Positions 54,201-63,020 of a stretch of DNA of 64,000 bases are shown in pieces; positions within the stretch are counted from its first letter, which is position 1; every line of letters begins with the position of its first letter. Origin of the DNA: a virus (lineage: Duplodnaviria; Heunggongvirae; Uroviricota; Caudoviricetes); the IMG/VR virus record IMGVR_UViG_3300006467_000563, positions 68,337 to 132,336 of that record. One strand, written 5' to 3'. Below the pieces are notes generated by a model that ran no database searches, was not told the DNA's origin, and was given only the letters and a program-made list of their open reading frames with translations. The position numbers and the translations under genes were made by a program.

Positions 54201-57200
54201 CCAATATTACGTGCAGTATCTTTGAAATTAGCGAAGTCGCCAATATCTGAGAAGTTTCTAAATCCAACATCTGCACCTGAGAAGTTTGCAACAGCCTGTC
54301 CTTCAGTAAAACCAGATTCTCTTGCAAGAGTATTTTGAATATCAGATAATTTCTTAAACGAGTTAACCACCTCTTGAGAAATAACGCTCAGCTCACGCAT
54401 ACGTTGTGTTTCACGTTCTGCTAAGGCAATCTTTTGACGGTCTACTTCAAGAAGTTTGTTCTGTTGGTCAATCTGTCTCTTATACTTCTCATTCAATTCT
54501 TCTACAGGAATGTTCTGTTGTAAAGCTAAGAATTCAATTGTATCTTTCCCAGCTTTTTGGAACTCTGCAAAAGTCTTACTTCCTTCTGCCAGCTTTCCTA
54601 AGAATTCAGTTAAACCGGGAAGTTGAGTATTAATATCAGATTGAATATTTTGACTTGCTGTAGCATCACCAGCAGCAGCAATTTGTAGACGTCTTACGTT
54701 TCTTACATTTGAACCAACGCGAGAAGCATTTTCTGCAGCCGTACCTGCCCCGGATGAGATACCTTTTAAAAGTATCTCTACATCAGCAATTGCTTTTCCA
54801 ATTTGAACTTCTTTAATTTGACTCTCAGCATTTTTAAGGCTAAGAACCATATTAGATACACCACCAATAAATGCACCAACAACTGCTCCCTGCGGTCCAA
54901 ACAATGCACCAACACTAGCCCCAGTAGCTGCACCAGTTAAGAATCCGCCTGCACCAGATTGTAAAGTACTTTGACTTCCACCAGCAATAGATTCAGCACC
55001 ACGTGAAGATAAGAATTGTCCTCCAACACCAGCTACAGCAGCACCGCCTAAACCTATATTAGTGATATTTTGTAATCTTGCAGCACGAATACGAGCATTC
55101 TTATATCTTGCCCTTGCCGCTTTTTTCTCATCTCTTGCTTGATTTCTAACAAGTATATCACTGTCTAAGTTTCCGCTTTTACGTAGAACCTCTGATTCTA
55201 AACTATCAAGTTCTTGAAATTGTGTGTTAGTACCATTTTGGAAACCAAGTGCTCGCTTACGCGTACCGATAGCTCTTTTAGAAGCCTTAGCTCTATTTTG
55301 TTTAGCTTTAGATAAATTAGAACGAGCAGCACCAATAGGTGTAGCAGACTGTACTGCTTGGTCAGCGGTTGCAAGTTGGTCCTCTAGCTTAAATTGGAAT
55401 TCTGTTAAACCGCGATATTTTTTAATCTTGTTTTGGTAATCACGCTTAATTTCTCTTTCAATTTTAGCAGGTAGACCGCGACCGATAGACTTTAGTTCAA
55501 ATGCCTCTCTTTGTGTTTGGAATGCTTTCTCAGCCTCAACACGTGCATCATTTAAACGACCACTCTTATTAAATCGATTAAGTCTTAATTTTGCTTCCGA
55601 TTGATTTTGTACAGCAATGTCTGATTTATCAAAATCTGCTCTAGCAGAGTTTTCTCTAACTATTGCGGAACGCAGTTGCCCACGTGCTACTTTAGCTGCC
55701 TGCTCTGCTGCCACCTTTGATGATTCAATACTAGTACGCTTTGCATCTCTAATATTTTGTGCGTCAGTAAGTTGTTTTTCACTTTGAGAAACACGCGACT
55801 CTGCTCTTCTTTGTTCCCTACTAGTTGGTCTTAACTCTTTTTGGAATTCTTTAGCACTAGATGTTGCATTTTTAACAGCAATATTATTATTCTTAGTAAG
55901 TGCTGTCATAATGGCAAATTGGGCACCAAGAGCACCAATATAACCAATAACTTCTTCTACACCTTCTCCAAGGTCAAGCAATTGAGGAAGTACTTGTGCA
56001 GCAAGTGCAGCAGCACCTACGCCACCAGACAGTCCAATTTTATTAACTATTCCGCCACTAGCATAGCCAGCAATACCTCTTTTAACACGTCCACCTTTAG
56101 CAAATTTCTCTCCCGGCATACGCCCGTCATTTAAAGCATCAAAGAATTTTACTCCAAAAGTATTTACAGCATCTTCTTGTACTACGTACTCTCCACCACG
56201 CACCCCAATAACTCTATCATCAACACCTTTTGGACTTCTACCCGGAATTACTCCATTGTAACCACCAGTATTAAAACCACGGATTTTTGGTGCTTCAGGA
56301 GACCTTAATGTTTTTAAGAAACCGCCAGAACCGCCAAGGAATCTTGTTCCTAATCGGACAGCGGCGACACTACCTAAAACAGATAATGCTGGAAGTAATG
56401 GAACGATTGCATCGCTTAATCTAATCAAAGCACTTGTCATGCCAATTACAGCATTTGTAATAACTTCGAAAGACTTACTAGATGCAACAGAACGGATTAA
56501 TGCTTCAAACTCTTCACGAACTTTGGCAATCTTAACTGACAGTGACTCTTGAGCAGTTGCAGCGTCAATGGCTAATGAGTTACTATTAGCTTGAGCCACA
56601 GCTAGTGCTTTCTCAGCAGTAGCAAATTCTTTAATTAATGGAATCACCTTAGTAACTTGACGGAAACCACCAAGCTCTTCGATAATCTGAGCAAATCTAG
56701 GGTCTGTACTAGGTAAATTCTTCAGTGCAGTACTTAAAGCACGAACAGCCTCATAACCACCAATGAACTGATTCTCAATACCATTAACTGTTCCCTTTAA
56801 ATCAATTCCAGCATCTTGCAAGAAGTTTTGAGTACGAGTTCTTTGTAAACGTGTGAAGATAGTACGGAAACCAGTAGCGATACTCTCTGCAGATTCACGA
56901 GTAGTAGAACGTACAGATGTTAACAGAGCAATATATTCTTCCATGTTACCACCGGCAGCAGCGAACGCACCACCACCACGACGAATAGCAGTTGTAATGT
57001 CAGAAGATTCAATAGCGAACGCTTTACTAACAGAGTTGATAGAGCTTAACTTCTTCTCAATCCCATCAGCAGTAACACCAAACTGTCTGAAAATAGCAAT
57101 GGTGGCTTCAGTAGTATCGTTGATACTATCGAATGTAGGAGAAAGGTCAGCACGAGCAATGGCACCTAAAGTTTTTTCTACTTCCTTCGCACTAATACCA

Positions 57201-57697
57201 GTTTGAGACAATGTACGTGACGCTTCATTCAAGCTCTTAGATGAAGCACCAAGACTTGTAGATAGAGAGGTAATCTCATTAATTAATGAAGAAAGCCCTC
57301 TAATGTTCCTTCCAGTAACCTGAGAAATCTTATATAATTCACGTTCAAATTCAACAGCTTCGCCAACAGACGTTTTAATAGCACGGGCTAAGTCGATAAA
57401 ACCACTAGTAATAACAGTGAACGCAGCAAAACGTCTAATAGCTAAAGCAGACTGCTTACCAAAATATTCAATGGTATCGCCAGACTGTCTAGCAATCTTA
57501 TTAGTTTTTGCTAACGACTTGTTAGTGGCATCAAGTGACTTATTCAGATTTCCTATAGCATTTTGCGTACCTTTAGGGACATTAATGTTAACTGTTCCAT
57601 TAACACTATTAATACCTTTTTCAATCTGTCTAAGTGTTTGCGGTAGGTTGCGTGCTCTTACGTCAATCTCCGCACTATAAATCATCGCATTTGACAT
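51239..57697 (-). CDS. Tail tape measure protein (2152 aa)
   Basis: Long helical Ala/Gln-rich protein; TP901-type core (SKAFAIESSDI...RESAESIATGFRTIFTRL); Gly-zipper hydrophobic segments. Confidence 0.92.
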   Translation of the reverse strand: MSNAMIYSAEIDVRARNLPQTLRQIEKGINSVNGTVNINVPKGTQNAIGNLNKSLDATNKSLAKTNKIARQSGDTIEYFGKQSALAIRRFAAFTVITSGFIDLARAIKTSVGEAVEFERELYKISQVTGRNIRGLSSLINEITSLSTSLGASSKSLNEASRTLSQTGISAKEVEKTLGAIARADLSPTFDSINDTTEATIAIFRQFGVTADGIEKKLSSINSVSKAFAIESSDITTAIRRGGGAFAAAGGNMEEYIALLTSVRSTTRESAESIATGFRTIFTRLQRTRTQNFLQDAGIDLKGTVNGIENQFIGGYEAVRALSTALKNLPSTDPRFAQIIEELGGFRQVTKVIPLIKEFATAEKALAVAQANSNSLAIDAATAQESLSVKIAKVREEFEALIRSVASSKSFEVITNAVIGMTSALIRLSDAIVPLLPALSVLGSVAAVRLGTRFLGGSGGFLKTLRSPEAPKIRGFNTGGYNGVIPGRSPKGVDDRVIGVRGGEYVVQEDAVNTFGVKFFDALNDGRMPGEKFAKGGRVKRGIAGYASGGIVNKIGLSGGVGAAALAAQVLPQLLDLGEGVEEVIGYIGALGAQFAIMTALTKNNNIAVKNATSSAKEFQKELRPTSREQRRAESRVSQSEKQLTDAQNIRDAKRTSIESSKVAAEQAAKVARGQLRSAIVRENSARADFDKSDIAVQNQSEAKLRLNRFNKSGRLNDARVEAEKAFQTQREAFELKSIGRGLPAKIEREIKRDYQNKIKKYRGLTEFQFKLEDQLATADQAVQSATPIGAARSNLSKAKQNRAKASKRAIGTRKRALGFQNGTNTQFQELDSLESEVLRKSGNLDSDILVRNQARDEKKAARARYKNARIRAARLQNITNIGLGGAAVAGVGGQFLSSRGAESIAGGSQSTLQSGAGGFLTGAATGASVGALFGPQGAVVGAFIGGVSNMVLSLKNAESQIKEVQIGKAIADVEILLKGISSGAGTAAENASRVGSNVRNVRRLQIAAAGDATASQNIQSDINTQLPGLTEFLGKLAEGSKTFAEFQKAGKDTIEFLALQQNIPVEELNEKYKRQIDQQNKLLEVDRQKIALAERETQRMRELSVISQEVVNSFKKLSDIQNTLARESGFTEGQAVANFSGADVGFRNFSDIGDFANFKDTARNIGGLFGEAGTRLADEIVSSAKVSQDLPSILTKLRDQDPLGQGGDFVSRLKDSLKDVPDFARDLIIGQARAIIGDEGKDITIINEVRKDLAGTAQKLTSTMEETLGKAFADISDELAKRKNVLAGSLGQLQAAIDKSNNFRFRSIELGQQQRSVQLRRPLTPQEANTEFDQKLSVLTQGGPRTVAGIQSRLTGPGGAQERFRKASDRLDKLNVGGGEGLQEAQQEFRDAGLEVTRLTNALKFLADSTINVKNAQDELAKQQAQRQVVTGTLKTLAFGTPKEQNELARQIAALNIVLKLQKEGNLAATPKAVAQAALPFIEANQNAIFKGVKLEDLGKDLLKAATPANLKGFLEPGQAEKTAEQKLVDAIQVMRDANEALAQNTTSALDRMIAKLDSLFSSFVDDMRQAFLRSEEAAAENTLKNANNRVEKLAGQFASNEVLAKNLGINQNQLGQARSILGTTSQIKELEVREKGLKRIQADLAPGGNPFRETFVSRAFNKAGGSINDAVEFVTVRKALLDELSSSGFTQTQVGIIGKQFDSLLGGRDNITPDQFYAALEQVVTNTLNTNLNDVDKQIGSLQSGLRANTKFTPTQLRNITDIGASDKKKLSEFDPEANKNLEKNSAKAVEQRDKAEKLLTDIRDKMEESARTAQSARQNAAGNNPFANPEDNPGSNAFKPKPITESQVDRGLEKLRQINNRPVGQPVQPGQPGPLSTPVEFSQFNGGGIEGVFRRNNQQIAAAKMAEAENSAALATRHSGLISAYNTGQSADTFLKGGRESKRAGEKGIIDTFFSDITGPGGLIGQRASEERRAVIKQNFLDNLKEQGFSDKKIEAQSAAFDKFVSPFEANKLVDGKFTGDTIFGTKTYPGSNQSRVRTSFTESDFFKQFIKALDSNKPESANSEGLTTGASMMESASSRMLDAADKMAAMPSEIRHEGRLSVDLVVNGAEVLANMMPAITKLIEDKLNDSTGMLIADMNLGTSSSERKV

Positions 57698-57712
57698 TAT
57701 TACTCTTTTTTA

Positions 57713-58207
57713 TTAAACCATTTTGACTTTAAATATATCAAAGCCGCTAGTATCTTTAATTTTATCCTCTATAAACGTAACCTTCTTAAAATTCCTATTA
57801 TGTTTTAAATCTAGCTCTAATTTTGCAATCAGAACAGGCAAATCAAACTCATATTTATTCCTGTCAATCTTGTATTTCATATTGACTTTTATATCTTCTG
57901 ACATATATGGTGAAAAAGTATCAACAGGAACTACCACACAAAAATTAATCAGACATTCATCCTGATTATCTGTTAAAACTTTAAACTCAACTGTAGCCTG
58001 ACTAGCGTCAACTTTTTCAAAAAGTTCCTCGAAATTTTTACGCTTATCAGTCACCCGTAGAGTAGAACGGCATCCGTTTACTGTGCCAACAACATCTAAA
58101 ATGGTTCCAAGTAACAGTGCAGTTATTTCAGAAGACGTCTGCTCGTAAACAGACGTCTCCTCTTTGAAAAAAATTTGGCAGAAAAAAGATTTGATGGCTG
58201 AAAACAT
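57713..58207 (-). CDS. Hypothetical protein (tail assembly region)
   Basis: TAATG-coupled; immediately upstream of the tape measure. Confidence 0.55.
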   Translation of the reverse strand: MFSAIKSFFCQIFFKEETSVYEQTSSEITALLLGTILDVVGTVNGCRSTLRVTDKRKNFEELFEKVDASQATVEFKVLTDNQDECLINFCVVVPVDTFSPYMSEDIKVNMKYKIDRNKYEFDLPVLIAKLELDLKHNRNFKKVTFIEDKIKDTSGFDIFKVKMV

Positions 58208-58971
58208 TATACAGCCTCCACTGGATTACCATCATCATCTACGAATGGAGCAAACTCATCTTCCTCTTTCTTAACTTCTTCTGCTTCCTTGACAGGGGAG
58301 CCATCTCTCGTTACCTTATTGCCATCTTTGTCGATGAAGTTTAAATCCTCATCTACGAACTTGTACTTGATTAAGAACTTGTTCTCCGGCAACTCGTTCT
58401 CCCAGTTGTCCTCAAGACCATAATAGGAGTTTGCGAAATAACCACTTGCTTCAAATAGCCACGGATGGTCTGGACCATCTTTGTATTCTTCCACAGTTTG
58501 ATAAATTTGGTTACCATCTTCATCACGAAGACATTTAACGAAAAGAAACTCAAATGCTGCATCCATACATTGAGACTCTACCGAATACCGCTTCAAGTCA
58601 GCTAAAGGAGCATGCATGGCATTAATTTTTTGTCTGCATTCTGTAATCTCCAATGCTAACTCACGACCTTCAGATAACTTGATTCCACCCTTTTTGAGCT
58701 TATCAATATTCTCATTGATTTTTCTAGCTAGGGTAATTTCCTGCTCTGACTTCTCTTCGTCCCAAAGTCCTTGTTGCTCAGCAATCTCATATAGCCTTGA
58801 ACGTAGGATAGCTGTTGACTTACCGTTCTCATCTTTTTCGTTGATGAGTTTTGCGAACATTTTCTTTTCAACTACGTCCGCCTCACGATAGTCAGATTTA
58901 CTTGGTGGAATAACAAATACTGTTACTTCGTTACCGTCAATGTCTTTTCCGTTAATTTGCTTCTTCTTCAT
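58207..58971 (-). CDS. Putative tail assembly chaperone
   Basis: Charged helical protein between tube and tape measure; AAGGA SD. Confidence 0.55.
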   Translation of the reverse strand: MKKKQINGKDIDGNEVTVFVIPPSKSDYREADVVEKKMFAKLINEKDENGKSTAILRSRLYEIAEQQGLWDEEKSEQEITLARKINENIDKLKKGGIKLSEGRELALEITECRQKINAMHAPLADLKRYSVESQCMDAAFEFLFVKCLRDEDGNQIYQTVEEYKDGPDHPWLFEASGYFANSYYGLEDNWENELPENKFLIKYKFVDEDLNFIDKDGNKVTRDGSPVKEAEEVKKEEDEFAPFVDDDGNPVEAV

Positions 58972-58983
58972 TTTTCTTTCCTT

Positions 58984-59316
58984 TTAACCTTCTTGTGTTG
59001 GTCTTGGTTTTACTTTCATGTTGAGTTGATATCTTAACCATGTTACATCATAGTTGTCCAACTCGTCTTTAATGAGGTTGATTTGATTATGTCCATTGTC
59101 AAAAATATACTTACGAACTGCATCAAAGCTCTTCTTATTCTCAATCATTTCTGTGGTCATTGAAGAGCCATCTGCTCCCCATAAATGCCCCATCTCTTCT
59201 TCGAGCTTAGAAAGTGCCCCAACCATGATTGTCTTAGCACTTTTTTCAAACAGTTCTTTTAGTAATTCTCTGGACCTCTTTCTATAAGCCTCGTCGTCCT
59301 TACTTAATCGTTTCAT
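58984..59316 (-). CDS. Hypothetical protein (tail assembly region)
   Basis: ATGA-coupled ORF. Confidence 0.6.
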   Translation of the reverse strand: MKRLSKDDEAYRKRSRELLKELFEKSAKTIMVGALSKLEEEMGHLWGADGSSMTTEMIENKKSFDAVRKYIFDNGHNQINLIKDELDNYDVTWLRYQLNMKVKPRPTQEG

Positions 59317-60371
59317 TTTTTACTAGCCTTCATCTTTTCCCTAAATAAGTTCGCTTTTGCGATATTTATGTCTTGCTTTACGTCATGCAAGTCGTTATGA
59401 TTAACTTGTCGTTCTTTGATAATTTGGTTAATTCTTGTTTTCTTCAGTACCTCTGCATGAGGCGTGTTCATAGCATTAATAGCAGCAACATCAGAAGAAC
59501 TAATTTTTCTATAACCTGTTGGTGAATCTGCATCATATGTAGAAGCAACGAATACTTCATCTGATTTAGCAATCTTCTCATTTTCAGTAGTAAACTTTCC
59601 TTGTTCTTTTTTCTGCTTCTCTTCTTGCTCACGTCTCTGAAGAATAAGCCATCCGTCTAACATATCATCATTTTCTACAACATGTGATGGAGGAGGTTCA
59701 TATGATTCTTTGACATTGTCATATAGAGACGTCCAAGACAACAGCACCAACTGTTCATCAGTTAGTTTAGTAGAAGGTATACCAAAAATATCCCCAGTGT
59801 ATTTGTTTGCTGTTAGATAATTAGTCCAAGGAGTTGTTCTAGCTATCTCACGAATGTATGAATCTGGGATGATGTTGTTGTAGTAAAAACTCACAAGATG
59901 CTTGATATCAGCATCACCCCAGTTGTATTTTTCTCCATCAAGATATGTAGAATGTCTTAACTCGTATTCTTTTTGCATGTACAACGCTGCTGTTCTACAT
60001 GTGTTCTGGCTTAACTGACCGCGTCTGTTTCCAAGTTCCGCGTACGACTTTCTTGACTCAAACAAGATTCTCTCAGCCATTTTTCTTTTTGCTGGGATAG
60101 ATTCACTCAAATACAGTTTTACTTTTGTGTTTTCTATATCTGTAGGAATTGTTGTCTGATATAATTCTTCATCTTCCTCAGACCAAAGGTCATTATCCAT
60201 TAGATATTGAAGAATCTGCTCTTCAGTTAGAACACCAGCATCCTGACACGCCGCGTAGTGCTCCTGATAGACGCCTGCAGCCTTATATTTTACATTTGGA
60301 GCTGGACATCGAATCTCAAGTTCTAGGCCCTCATAGTCGTACAGAAGGACTCCTGAGATGATTCTGTGCAT
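59313..60371 (-). CDS. Putative tail assembly chaperone-like protein (frame open from 60410; likely start 60371)
   Basis: Between tube and tape measure; PPSHVVENDDMLDGW; ATG 60371 preceded by GGGA + 7 nt. Confidence 0.55.
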   Translation of the reverse strand: MHRIISGVLLYDYEGLELEIRCPAPNVKYKAAGVYQEHYAACQDAGVLTEEQILQYLMDNDLWSEEDEELYQTTIPTDIENTKVKLYLSESIPAKRKMAERILFESRKSYAELGNRRGQLSQNTCRTAALYMQKEYELRHSTYLDGEKYNWGDADIKHLVSFYYNNIIPDSYIREIARTTPWTNYLTANKYTGDIFGIPSTKLTDEQLVLLSWTSLYDNVKESYEPPPSHVVENDDMLDGWLILQRREQEEKQKKEQGKFTTENEKIAKSDEVFVASTYDADSPTGYRKISSSDVAAINAMNTPHAEVLKKTRINQIIKERQVNHNDLHDVKQDINIAKANLFREKMKASKK

Positions 60372-60418
60372 AAAAAAATCCCGCTTATGAAAGTCCATAA
60401 AAGAATCCATAAACGGGG
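60372..60418 (-). terminator. Terminator-like hairpin CCCGTTTATGGA...TTCATAAGCGGG + T7
   Basis: 12-bp stem with two GU pairs followed by A-T7; contains the SD of the downstream gene. Confidence 0.6.
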
Positions 60419-60432
60419 TTGTTGTTATTCAT
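60385..60432 (-). CDS. Putative 15-aa leader peptide MNNNNPVYGFFYGLS
   Basis: AGGAAGGA SD then ATG; runs through the hairpin and stops in its 3' arm. Confidence 0.45.
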   Translation of the reverse strand: MNNNNPVYGFFYGLS

Positions 60433-60464
60433 TTTATTTCCTTCCTGAAGTCCTATGTATGATG

Positions 60465-60905
60465 CTATAGCAATTTTTCGAAATACAATCCATTCTTAAT
60501 TCCCCACCAGTGGTCGGGTAAGTAAAGTGTATATCCACATTTTATCAAGTTATTGGCACTGATTAAATTATCGTAAGACGTATACGTGATAATACGAGTT
60601 TGGCCAATCTTTTTTGCTGCTCGTTCCCTTGCACGTATGAGCCGCTTTTGTATGCCATTTCCTCTTGCTTTCGGCAGTACTCCAGCTCTTGACAAAAATG
60701 CTGCTGGCTTTTTGATGTAATCGTAAACAGTCATGCCAGCAAAAGCTATTGGTTCGTCATCTACATAAGCAAGCCACCAATATGAGCCTACTTTGGGATA
60801 AGGTGTTTCACCAACGAAACACTTTGTATCTAGCGTATGTAATATTGAAAAGATGTTATCAGAGATATTGTCTGGTGTTGCTACACGCTTAATGACAATG
60901 TCCAT
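60465..60905 (-). CDS. GNAT acetyltransferase
   Basis: LSRAGVLPKARGNGIQKRLI (motif A), NLISANNLIKCGY (motif B). Confidence 0.9.
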   Translation of the reverse strand: MDIVIKRVATPDNISDNIFSILHTLDTKCFVGETPYPKVGSYWWLAYVDDEPIAFAGMTVYDYIKKPAAFLSRAGVLPKARGNGIQKRLIRARERAAKKIGQTRIITYTSYDNLISANNLIKCGYTLYLPDHWWGIKNGLYFEKLL

Positions 60906-60935
60906 ACATCCCCCAATTAACTTAAAAGAGTAAAT

Positions 60936-60954
60936 GGGGGCACTATGTGCCCCC
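60936..60954 (-). terminator. Hairpin GGGGGCAC-ata-GTGCCCCC after the tail tube gene (second hairpin at 60969-60990)
   Basis: Perfect 8-bp GC stem followed by ATTTACTCTTTT on the - strand. Confidence 0.7.
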
Positions 60955-60998
60955 TATGAGAAAGAATAGGGAGTGATTATCCATACTCCCCAGATGGA

Positions 60999-62000
60999 TT
61001 ATAGCCCAGCAGGGTCCTGTGGGTGAGTAATTGTGAAGTCGTTGTAAGTAACGTAACTGAACTGGTTGGTTACATTACCACCACCAGCATCTCCACCACC
61101 GTAAGATACACTTGAAAGTACGTTCTTAGAACCTAAGTTAATGTTGGTTCCATCTTCAAACTGTACCTGAATTGTGTGCTCTGAACCACCTACTTCACCA
61201 GTTTCTTCATCTACAGAAATCCAGTCTCCAGATGTTGAGATGATTTCGAAGTCTGTTGTTACTTCGGCAGGAAGGTTTGGCGACTTAAAGTAAGCAGCTT
61301 TACGTCCTAACTCGAATAGAGACTCACGACCTAAGTCAATAGATGTAGAGAATGATTGAATTCTTGGATGTAGAGGATTATCTACATCGACGTTTCCAAT
61401 ACCTGTAGCACTAATTCCCGGCATATTGGTAGGTAGAATAGAGTTCGCGTAAACGAAGTTCTCTCTTAATTGGATACCACCAGAAGCCAAAGGTGTGTCT
61501 GTATTATCGAATAGAGACCCCTCAAAAATGCTTGCACCACCTGCAGACCATAGTCTATGGTTACCAACAAAAGTAGAGCTTTCAGTAAAAGGCCCATCAA
61601 CACTGGCAGAAATTGTAGTACCATTCCAGTACATACCAGAACTCTCAACTGTAGCTAAAGCGTCACCAGATGCAGAGTCATTGGTATCAGGAAAGATACT
61701 TAAAGCAATATGGCACTTCTCAGATGCACGACCAATCATAGTTGGAGTTGTAGCATTTGGAGTAGCCAAGTGGTATAGAAGTGGATAACCATCGATACTT
61801 TTTTCCATCGTGATTTCTACTTCGGGAATATCTTGAATGTTCTCATAAATTGAGATTTGACCTAACTCAAACTCTTGAATCAGGTTAAAAGTTGTAGTTG
61901 TACCGATAGATTGGACACCGTGGGCTACTGTATAGCTTGCTCCACCGTCTTCTTTGAATCCAACTGCCTGTACAGCCCAGAAAATTCTATTATTTGACAC
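60999..62000 (-). CDS. Major tail tube protein
   Basis: Own promoter motif, AAGGAG SD and terminator; HGVQSIG..FNL..FELGQ..IYEN..DIPEVEITMEK tube-like pattern; upstream of chaperones and tape measure. Confidence 0.7.
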   Translation of the reverse strand: MSNNRIFWAVQAVGFKEDGGASYTVAHGVQSIGTTTTFNLIQEFELGQISIYENIQDIPEVEITMEKSIDGYPLLYHLATPNATTPTMIGRASEKCHIALSIFPDTNDSASGDALATVESSGMYWNGTTISASVDGPFTESSTFVGNHRLWSAGGASIFEGSLFDNTDTPLASGGIQLRENFVYANSILPTNMPGISATGIGNVDVDNPLHPRIQSFSTSIDLGRESLFELGRKAAYFKSPNLPAEVTTDFEIISTSGDWISVDEETGEVGGSEHTIQVQFEDGTNINLGSKNVLSSVSYGGGDAGGGNVTNQFSYVTYNDFTITHPQDPAGL

Positions 62001-62028
62001 GTGTTTCTCCTTTTAAGTTGTATGTACG

Positions 62029-62049
62029 CTCTCTATAAGATTATACACC
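62029..62049 (-). promoter_or_regulatory. Putative late promoter GGTGTATAATCTTATAGAGAG, copy 2
   Basis: 21-bp exact match to 40451-40471; intergenic, ahead of the tail tube gene. Confidence 0.75.
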
Positions 62050-62057
62050 GATTTTGG

Positions 62058-63020
62058 TTAAAATATGACTTCCACACCCATTCGAACGGGTCTGTAATAC
62101 AATCGGTCACTAAGCTCTTGCATGGGCTGATTTGAGCCGTTGTCGATAAGTCTCATGCTCGACCCAAGGTAACTATCTATTCTATATCCCCCATCTCCTG
62201 ATGCTGCTGTCATTTGCGGATATGTCTTAGCTCCATCTTTTAACATTCCAAGCGAATCTAATGGAGCAGCATCGGAAGCAGCTACTAAGTTGGTATCATA
62301 TAAGTAGATACGTGGTCTATGTTGATTTTTAATTATGTCTGCGAGTCTGGTAACCTCGCTTTTTGTCTCTGCTAGAATATGGAATAGTACACTTAAGTCG
62401 TTATACTCTAATGTGTTACCCAATTCTACTCCACCAGTATTTTTGCGTGAAACCATTTCCACTCCAATCCAAGGCAATTGCACACGAGTAGGCCCATAAT
62501 TAGCATAGTCGTCTTTTACATCCTTATTGAAGTTTGTTGTTCTATCAATTGTTCCATGTTGAATTCTTTGAAACATTTGGTCAGAATCGCATTGTTCAAC
62601 CTTGACTGATTTATAACTATGGTTTATACTTACGGTAGCATTGGTTGGAATAGCAGAAGAAAAAATGACGCTGCCTTGAGGGTAATTGTAATAATGTTCA
62701 TATGTTCCAGTAGTATCACTATCATAGAAGCTACCATTTACGGTTACACCACTAATAGAGATTGGGGTATTTACTGCCATACCTGATTCCCAAACCCAAT
62801 TCATTCTCTGAGTTTGCCAGACCATACCATCTGTCTCTTCTTCAATTGTGATTGGTTTCATAGCAGTATGGTCAATTCCCATGCCATCTGTTACTCCATT
62901 AGTAGCATTTACATATGCACCAATATCAAGCAGGCCCCAGTCAACGAAGTCAACAATATTTGCTGCAATAATCTCAGTAACTGTATCATCACCAAAATTG
63001 CTTACTTTTACAAAGCTCAT
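62058..63020 (-). CDS. Putative tail terminator/neck protein
   Basis: Position just upstream of the tube; C-terminal LPWIGVE...VLFHILAETKSEVTRLADII terminator-like pattern. Confidence 0.5.
   Translation of the reverse strand: MSFVKVSNFGDDTVTEIIAANIVDFVDWGLLDIGAYVNATNGVTDGMGIDHTAMKPITIEEETDGMVWQTQRMNWVWESGMAVNTPISISGVTVNGSFYDSDTTGTYEHYYNYPQGSVIFSSAIPTNATVSINHSYKSVKVEQCDSDQMFQRIQHGTIDRTTNFNKDVKDDYANYGPTRVQLPWIGVEMVSRKNTGGVELGNTLEYNDLSVLFHILAETKSEVTRLADIIKNQHRPRIYLYDTNLVAASDAAPLDSLGMLKDGAKTYPQMTAASGDGGYRIDSYLGSSMRLIDNGSNQPMQELSDRLYYRPVRMGVEVIF

Noticed and set aside
58160-58210. Programmed frameshift of tail assembly chaperones (TTTTTTC runs on the - strand)
   Set aside because: The runs lie inside the downstream ORF, after the upstream stop, so they cannot fuse the two; no slippery heptamer was seen at the 3' ends of the other chaperone-like ORFs.
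60372-60410. ORF-track start MDSFMDFHKRDFF for the 59313 gene
   Set aside because: This ATG lacks an SD and lies within a terminator-like stem; ATG 60371 with GGGA at 7 nt is preferred, though not proven.
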